From assembly GCA_030265395.1 (NCBI GenBank), contig JARFYF010000052.1, positions 72,771,362 to 72,835,361 of the forward strand: a stretch of DNA of 64,000 nucleotides, in the 5' to 3' direction. Position numbers and translations under genes: made by a program. The notes beneath the pieces are model-generated. The model saw nothing but the letters and a program-made list of their open reading frames with translations, searched no databases and was not told the origin of the DNA. Shown in pieces: positions 62,773-64,000 of the stretch (the stretch's first letter is position 1; each line of letters begins with the position of its first letter). This DNA comes from Rhina ancylostomus. Its lineage: Eukaryota.

Positions 62773-64000
62773 GTATTAAGCAGTCTTCTACACCTTTCTC
62801 CTGCCTAGGGGGTTCATCCCTGACATTAGCACTTAATGGTAACAGTGGCACAATGTACTCTGTCTCTGAAATTCTTTCCATCATTTCAAAAGCATGAGTT
62901 TCACAGGCAGAGTAGAAAGTTCTGCTCATGCCATGAACACATTTAGCATTAATGACAGGGTTTGAAATCCTAAGAATCTTTCTCCCACAAATATACACAA
63001 CCACTCTGCCTCTAATTACTAGGTATAAACAGTGGCTCAAAATAGATACACATTGATTCATCTCTTAGCCTGGCTTCAAACAGTGTTGGAAAACGTTTGG
63101 GCATAAACGACAATGATAGCCATTACTGCAGCTGAATGAATTGCACTCAAGGGATATTGTACATGTACAGACTGAGCAATCAAAACTTCAGCCCAAAGCT
63201 TTGGACAATGGTATCAAGTGTGGACAAGGAGGGGCAATACCTTCAAGTACAGAAATTTAGAGGAAACAAAACAATTGGACACTAAAAATTCAACCACTAA
63301 ATCTAAATGTTCCTGTAAAATATATAATAGCTTTGATGTTTTATACTTACTCAAATCCTTGGATATTATACATTCCAAATTATGGAAATGAACCTATAAC
63401 TTCAATTGCAGATGAAAAAGAGACCCAGAAATATTGTGTACCAATTTAGTGAAAAGTGACAGTTACAGTTTTTACATTGAATATACCTTTCACAGTGCAT
63501 TTACTAGAGTAACAAGTACTTTTGGTACCGACAATGAATGTTCAGTAAAATGGAGGCAATGTATCAAATTTAATGGCCAGAAATTTGTAATTGTAATTAT
63601 GCCAAAACTGTAAATACTTACCACCATGACTATCTAAAACTGACAACAACATCTGGCATCTGCAAGTGCAGAAATCCACAAGTTGATGTTAATGATACCC
63701 TGCTCCTCCAAAGGGTGAATCACTGTAGTCTTTGCAGATGCCAGCAACATGGTATCAGTGCCAGAATGTGAACTTCAAACTTCTATACAGTTTTTGTTCA
63801 TGGAGTGTGAACATTGTTATTGCACCTCCTCTATTCTCATCGTAGCTGCTCTTCTCACTGTAAAGAACACGTTAATGTATTTGAATTCATTAAATGGGGT
63901 GTAATCATAATTATTGTTCAGCAATCTCTCTGACCCTGAAAACCTAATTTTACATCTGTGAAATTTCATTTCCTCCCTTCTGTGTTACAAAAATTAATTA

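Overview
AT-rich vertebrate genomic DNA from a draft assembly with many N gaps. The repeat content (HE1/V-SINE-like SINEs, CR1/HER1-like LINE ends, Penelope-like elements) points to a cartilaginous fish. Two spliced protein-coding genes lie on the + strand. The first is the last four coding exons of SEPSECS (selenocysteine synthase; 1166-14291). The second is exons 1-7 of LGI2 (39727-59433; terminal EPTP exon outside the window), preceded by a CpG-rich promoter region. Order and orientation match human 4p15. Almost all other ORFs in the track are spurious or decayed transposon remnants. I found no convincing new protein system. The most interesting signals are: (i) dispersed Penelope-like element ends carrying minimal hammerhead-ribozyme motifs, including one insertion with a GIY-YIG remnant and a perfect 12-bp TSD, and one inverted pair; (ii) a decayed ~5.3-kb two-gene PIF/Harbinger transposon with nested insertions; (iii) SEPSECS changes in the tRNA(Sec)-recognition motif and C-terminal tail; (iv) uORFs and a candidate in-frame cassette exon in LGI2. 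Repeat-family names and human reference peptides are recalled from memory, not from database searches, and repeat boundaries are approximate.
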